Below, piece by piece: positions 57,831 to 64,000 of a stretch of DNA of 64,000 nt; the first letter of the stretch is position 1; every line of letters starts with the position of its first letter. The DNA is from Eledone cirrhosa (Eukaryota). The translations under genes were made by a program, and so were the position numbers. The notes beneath the pieces were generated by a model. The model had not been told where the DNA came from. It worked only from the letters and a program-made list of their open reading frames with translations, and made no database searches. Location of the stretch: the NCBI GenBank assembly GCA_964016885.1, contig OZ024741.1, positions 82,398,001 to 82,462,000 of the forward strand. Reading direction: 5' to 3'.

Positions 57831-58869
57831 TGAGCTCCGAAGAGGAACGCCTTTGACATATGTTATATCTTTGTTATTGACGTCTTTATACAGAGGTCAC
57901 CCGAATCATGTTGAATTGTTTAGGTACGTACATTCAAAAAGCAGACATCATATACTACTCAAATGTTTTACAGAGTTGTCAATACGAAAGTTTCAAACAA
58001 TGTGAAAGTCCAAGGCATGAATGGTTATAGGTAAAACTTCATATGATTTTTCTTAAGCATTAATGCCACCGCTAATACATCTCGAGTAAAAGACCTGAAC
58101 GTAAATACTTCGTTACTGTCACGAAAAAAAAACATTTCATAAATCCAGCCACTCCTGGTTATATTCAAACGTAGTATAGCAGCTGGGATTAATAGAATAA
58201 TCTCAACCCATTACAAAGAAAAATTAGTGTATGTAAGGTTACTATACGCGGAGAAACTCTTAAAACCATCCCAGAAGAGAGTAATATGTAGGAAAATATA
58301 ATTGTCCCGTCAGTTGTTCAATTTAAGTGCCTTCACGACTGGAAGAAGATAATTCTTTTATAAACACACACCATTTTTTCATCACACATACATATATAAA
58401 AGTCTTGATCATCACACCTCGTTTTCTTGTAGCAGAAAAATGTTGAAATGATAGGCTTGCAGCCCTTTTAATTAAAACATTCAAGAAACGTTCAATTAGG
58501 TGAAAACTCATAGATATCCATGTACATTAAAGTAAAGGAAATTGACCTTACTTCCTGATGGAGTCGTAGGGGCGTCGCAATCAGTCCCGCACTGCCATTG
58601 GATTTAAAGCCTGGTGGAGCCCATCAATCCTGGATATGAACCACATAAATTACATAAAATAAGGTTGCTTTACCTTGTTTTAAAACTATATATGATTTAG
58701 AGCAGGAAAATCGTTGCTTTCATTGCCAAAAGTGTGAAGAACATTATTTTTTAAAATTGAGCTGTTTTCCGGTTTACCTGTTACCTCTTCTTTGAATCCT
58801 GCTTAATTCAAATCCGTGTGCCCATAACCCATGATAGAAGCGTAGAAGAGGTATTGTAATACACTCAAC

Positions 58870-59000
58870 TGCTCTATTATTTATCGAAACCGAATGGTTG
58901 AAAGGTATATTTGACCGAGTTGAGGGTTGAGCTGAGAGTGCAATGAGTCGAAACATATGCAGTGTGGTATTCTATCCATGAATCTGCCAATTCTGCGCCT
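58870..59000 (-). mobile_element. Degenerate SINE fragment
   Basis: TTTATCGAAACCGAATGGTTGAAAGGTATATTTGACC resembles 38612-38650. Confidence 0.45.
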
Positions 59001-59308
59001 TATAATTTAATTACTGTGACATAAATGTTCTGGAGTAATTGCTTTGCGTTTCATTGTAGAAGTTGGAACAACGTTTGATGAATTAGCTCATTTATGAAGC
59101 ATCTGAATATGTAAATATATTAACAACAACAACAATAATAATGAATTCTTTATTAGCCATATGGGTTCCATACACACATGTTCAAATAAATATACACCTA
59201 TACTTACAGAGTCTATACATACACGAACATGATCGTACAGTAAGTAAATAGATTTACACGCATATCATTATATAATATATATATATAAATATATTTTTAA
59301 AAAAGCAC

Positions 59309-59394
59309 AAGAAGAAGAAGAAGAAGAAGAAGAAGAAGAAGAAGAAGAAGAAGAAGAAGAAGAAGAAGAAGAAGAAGAAGAAGAAGAAGAAGAA
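59309..59394. repeat. Pure (GAA)n microsatellite
   Basis: Visible. Confidence 0.97.
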
Positions 59395-59632
59395 GGGGGC
59401 ATGCACACATATATACTACATATATAAACAAAATAATGATAACGATAATAAAATGAAGTCATATAATTTCAAGAATTATTCATTACTTGCACAAAATTAT
59501 ATTGGAAATGTCAGTTTAGTTTCCTTCTGTGAGTGTTTTTATTTCCTTTCTCTTTCATTTTCAATACTAATCACAGCAAAATAAAAAAGAAATCACCAGT
59601 AACTTTAAAATAGACGATAACAACTCTGTATG

Positions 59633-59710
<78 letters not shown>

Positions 59711-59812
59711 TACACACACACATATATATATATATGTATATACATATATATATATACACACACAGACAAACACACATATATATATATGTATATACATATA
59801 TATATATATATT

Positions 59813-59844
<32 letters not shown>

Positions 59845-59856
59845 TGCACACATATA

Positions 59857-59923
<67 letters not shown>

Positions 59924-59976
59924 CCACACATAAATATGTATATACATATATATATACATAGATATAGATATATGTA

Positions 59977-60050
<74 letters not shown>

Positions 60051-60080
60051 TAAGTATATATATATATATATATATATAGT

Positions 60081-60111
<31 letters not shown>

Positions 60112-60112
60112 T

Positions 60113-60329
60113 ATTGCTTTATATCTGGAGATCTCTCTGCATTTGTCGTCACATGGTACCATGGGCCCAGCACTATGTGTCAATAATTGTCACAAGTGTA
60201 GTGTTTGTACCAGAGCTTTCAAGTCGCTGGCTGGACTAAAAAGTCACACTCGTTCAGCGCATCAGTAGGGGTTCTCCTACATGGATATAAAGTAGTGGCC
60301 GTACTCGAAAACGAGTTGGCAGCCACCAT
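60113..60329 (-). repeat. Interspersed ~217-bp repeat, copy B
   Basis: Reverse complement of 55519-55736. Confidence 0.85.
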
Positions 60330-60529
60330 ATATAGTTATACCTGGGGAGGGTCATATTTGTGTAATATTGCCAGAATTAATAACAGAACACACTCACTGT
60401 TTGGTTGGTTTTCGATTCTCGCTGTCTTTTATATCGGTAATTTAACTTACTCGGTCCTCAATGTTGCCATTGACTGACCGACGGTCAAAAATAATACAGA
60501 TACAATACAGACACAAACACATATATATA

Positions 60530-60673
60530 GTGTTGAACAAAAAGGTGACGTGGTTGCCTTAACACCGTACGGCATAAACATGCAGGCTGTTCAGTTTGTT
60601 TACAAACGAACAAAGCGGCGTTACAATAAGCGTCCGCTAAACTGATACGTGCATATATGTATGTGTACCTGTA

Positions 60674-60727
<54 letters not shown>

Positions 60728-61159
60728 TGCTACTGTACGTCTGTATACATATATGTATGTACGTATACACACATACTTACATTTAAGTAAGTGCCGTACT
60801 AAGAGTGAGAAATGAAATTCCGTTTTCATTTTATTTCAACTTATCGTTTTCGGTGTGCCTGACCGACATGGCTCACTCGATATGCAAATTAGGCTGCTCA
60901 GCCGTTAATTTTCATAAGGAAAGTATATACTTTCGAACGTTCAACTATCTGGCAGATGGGTATACGGTGCTGATGATAGCTAACAAGCTTGAAACTAGTA
61001 CATCGTTCCTGTGTCATGTGTTGAACAAAAAGGTGACGAGGTTGCCTTAACACCGTACGGCATAAAAATTCAGGCTGTTCAGTTTGTTTACAAACGAACA
61101 AAGCGGCGTTATAATAAGCGTCCACTAAACTGATACGTGCATATATGTATGTGTACCTG

Positions 61160-61206
<47 letters not shown>

Positions 61207-61317
61207 TTGCTACTGTACGTCTGTATACATATATGTATGTACGTATACACACATATTTACATTTAAGTAAGTGCCGTACTAAGAGTGAGAAATGAAATTC
61301 CGTTTTCATTTTATTTC
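60530..61317 (+). mobile_element. Retrozyme-like non-coding tandem repeat, 488-bp unit, ~1.6 copies
   Basis: GTGTTGAACAAAAAGG at 60530 and 61018; internal (TA)n; hammerhead at the unit junction. Confidence 0.78.
60964..61006 (+). ncRNA. Type I hammerhead ribozyme
   Basis: ACGGTG CTGATGA TAGCT-AACA-AGCTT GAAA CTAG TA CATCGT; 6-bp stem I, palindromic stem III ACTAGT. Confidence 0.82.
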
Positions 61318-64000
61318 CACATATATATAGTTTATCATAAATCTTTCGTTGCACATCTGCAACATCGTCAGTGGTGTTATATTTTCCTCCTGTTGTGTTG
61401 TATGTCTACGCTATTTTTATTCAGTCTGTCTATATATTTATTTGTCTATTTGCTTGTTTGTTTATTTTATTTCGTCTTCTTTGCGCATGCGTTTGCGTGT
61501 GTGTATAGTGTTAGGTTTGCTGTGTGATGGGTGACTAGTGTGTGTTTATGTGCTTGTTGTTATTGTGCTTGTGTATGTATTTATTTATTTATTTATCTTA
61601 TTTTATTTACTTATTTATACTTCTCTTAGGTCAGTGTTGTTTGTTTGGGTGTTGTTGTTATTCCATTCATTCTTTCTGTTTAACTTTGGTCTTCTAATTT
61701 CTGTTTCACTGGCCTCTCTGATTTGCCTATCTGCTGGGTCATTTCTATGTTTAGATATTATTCTAATTTCTATGTTGTCTATGTTACCGTCATGTTGTTG
61801 TCTAGCATGTTCGTATAGTACTGACCCGTTTTTTCGTCCTTTTAGTTCCCCCCAGTGTTGGTCTATCCTTTCACCTATGCTACGAGCTGTCTCACCTATG
61901 TATGTTGTTGTCATGTTTCTGCAAGTACCTTCTGTACATCTTATGCTATAGACTACGTTTCTAGTTTTACAGTTTATCCGGGGGTTCACCTTACATATGA
62001 TAGAATTTCCTATTGTACAGTGGGTTTTCTTAAAAGGGTAGGTTTTGCTGATCAGGGATTTTATGGTGGTTCCTGGCTTTTCTACCACCTTTATTTTTAG
62101 GTGGGTCTTTCTCAGGGCCTTTCTACATTGGTTAGCTAATTTCCCTCCAGGGGTGGCGTCCACAAACATGACACTCTGGTATCTCTGGTTGTCGTACCAC
62201 GAAGTGGCTTTCCCTATCTTATGTCTAGCCCTATCTAAGCTATTCCATGATTTGCTCCTGTATAATTGGCAAATTCCTTTGATGTCCAGTTCTATGAGGG
62301 TCTTATACTTCTCCATGGCTCCTTCGTATACTCTGATTCTGTCTCTTTGGTTGTAACCAGAGAACTGCATGCGGTTGATGAAGTGTTGGATGTGTCTTTC
62401 CATTTCTGTTGGGTCGCACATGCGGGACACATTCTTCATCACTTGTACCAAATCTGCGATCAGAATATTAAACTTAGCACTACTGGACATTGCTGAGTTT
62501 TTGAGTATCAGGTATTTGGAGGCCATGGGTTTAGCATAGTGTGAGTGGAGAATTTGGGCTCTCTCGTCTATAGTGTTAATCCAGAGTTCTGCGTCTAATA
62601 CAGGTAGTCTATTGATAGGGTGTTTGGAAGGGAAGTCGATAGTTAAAGTTATACTCTGGTGTATGGAATTAGCTATCTGCTGGATGCTTTCCATCGTGCT
62701 ACGTTCTAAATCAAACTTGTTAGTGCTCACTAGTGGGGGTGTTCTTATAACTATATTGATATCGTCTACATAACGAGAGTACATGATGAGGTCTATGGAG
62801 CTTTCATTAAGGAGATTTTAAGTCTCCTTTCCCACCATACCATGAAAAGTTTGGCAGCATCACCAGCTATGCTGACGCCGATGGCTGCTCCCTCATTTTG
62901 AGTGTAGATTTTCTCGTTGAACTTAAATATGTGGCCCTTTAGGGTAGTTTTGATACTAGACCCTATTGCATGTGCGATCATTTTTCTTACCTGATCATGG
63001 TTTTGGGGAGTCGGTATAGCTTTGGTCCACCCAATCCACCTTCCCATGGGAGTCTTTTTTGCCATTGAGGTTATGGCGAGGGGTCTACCTCTTATAGGTC
63101 TACTAGGGCAGAAACATCTAAGGTCATGGCTGTCTAGGTAGTCAGTGTCGTAGGTAAGTCTAAGTAGGAGGCCCAGTTCGTCTGTGTCGACGTCGCAAAA
63201 CTCCATCTCACTCTCAATCATCATCTCCACACATCTTTTCACAGCAAAATCAATGTTAATGGATGTGTACAGTGACACCACATCCATGCTGCCTATTATG
63301 TAGTTGGATAGGCTCCTGTTGTTGTTGCACTCACTGATTCTGCTGAGGAGGTCCTCTGTACTGTCACATACATCTGGGGACATCTTGATTATGGGGCGTA
63401 TAACGATTGAGAGGAAGTAGGAGATCCTGTAGTTTCTAGCTATATCAGCTCCGCATACGGGTCTTGTTGGTGGTCCTGTTGTCGTGTCGTCGACTGTCTT
63501 GTGGTCTTTGCGGAGCCCATACAAGGGTGGTATGCCATTATTAGACGCCTGGAAGTTGTTGGCAGTGCGTCTGCTTGTCTTTAGGATGTCAGTCCACATC
63601 ATCATGTGAGCGTTGAGGATTTTTCCTCTCCCATCGTGTGTTTGTTGTGCAATTTCGCTCGTGTTGGTGATGTGGGTTGCATAGCCTCGATGTAGTTCGA
63701 CATGCTATCTATTGACATCCTACCAGACTTATCTGTGGGTAGACACACAACCTCCCCATCCCTTGTGCGCTGCTTGAGGCTAACCAAGCCTTCTACAGGT
63801 TTCCTCCCAATTTGTTGGGCCGCTGGTCTGCTCTGTCTCTTAGTATACCTGTCTACTATTTGTCTAATCTTATCTCTAGCTATGGTGAACTGTGCCTCTG
63901 TCTCGTCATCTATTTGTTGTGGTATGCAAACTCTTTTATTTAAGGGTAACCTCGTAGGATAGATATTACCCATCTTATATGTTTTGTCAGCTGGGTTGAA
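61318..64000 (-). mobile_element. Penelope-like element of a second lineage (RT plus C-terminal GIY-YIG), running off the window
   Basis: Frameshifted ORFs 63602-63973, 62793-63605, 61615-62784: PTDKSG, LYGLRKDHK, TRPV, SMDVVSLY, RYVDD, VVYSIRC...YIGET, RQIREA...LN. Confidence 0.9.
61334..61375 (-). ncRNA. Hammerhead at the 3' end of the PLE
   Basis: ACCA CTGACGA T GTTGCA-GATG-TGCAAC GAAA GATT TA TGAT; one stem I mismatch. Confidence 0.7.

Overview
Eukaryotic, repeat-dominated DNA. It is probably an invertebrate animal; the SINE, Penelope and microsatellite content suggests a cephalopod mollusc (inference). I see no intact host gene. 1.5-13 kb holds two full-length, head-to-tail Tx1/L1-clade LINEs (minus strand) flanked by (AAT)n. 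They have near-identical ORF2 but divergent ORF1/5'UTR, and share a candidate 53-nt intron that would fuse ORF1 to ORF2 in frame. 13-30.4 kb is a ~17 kb compound (GAA)n satellite with a 200-N gap and a probable assembly duplication. 30-64 kb is (TA)n-rich DNA with three Penelope-like element (PLE) remnants, RTE, Ingi/Vingi, Chapaev-like and SINE fragments, and a dense set of minimal type I hammerhead ribozyme (HHR) motifs. These HHRs sit in palindromic mini-elements, in an inverted-repeat-flanked 2.65 kb element, and in a non-coding tandem ~420-490 bp retrozyme-like family. All alignments and identities were judged by eye; no search or folding program was run.
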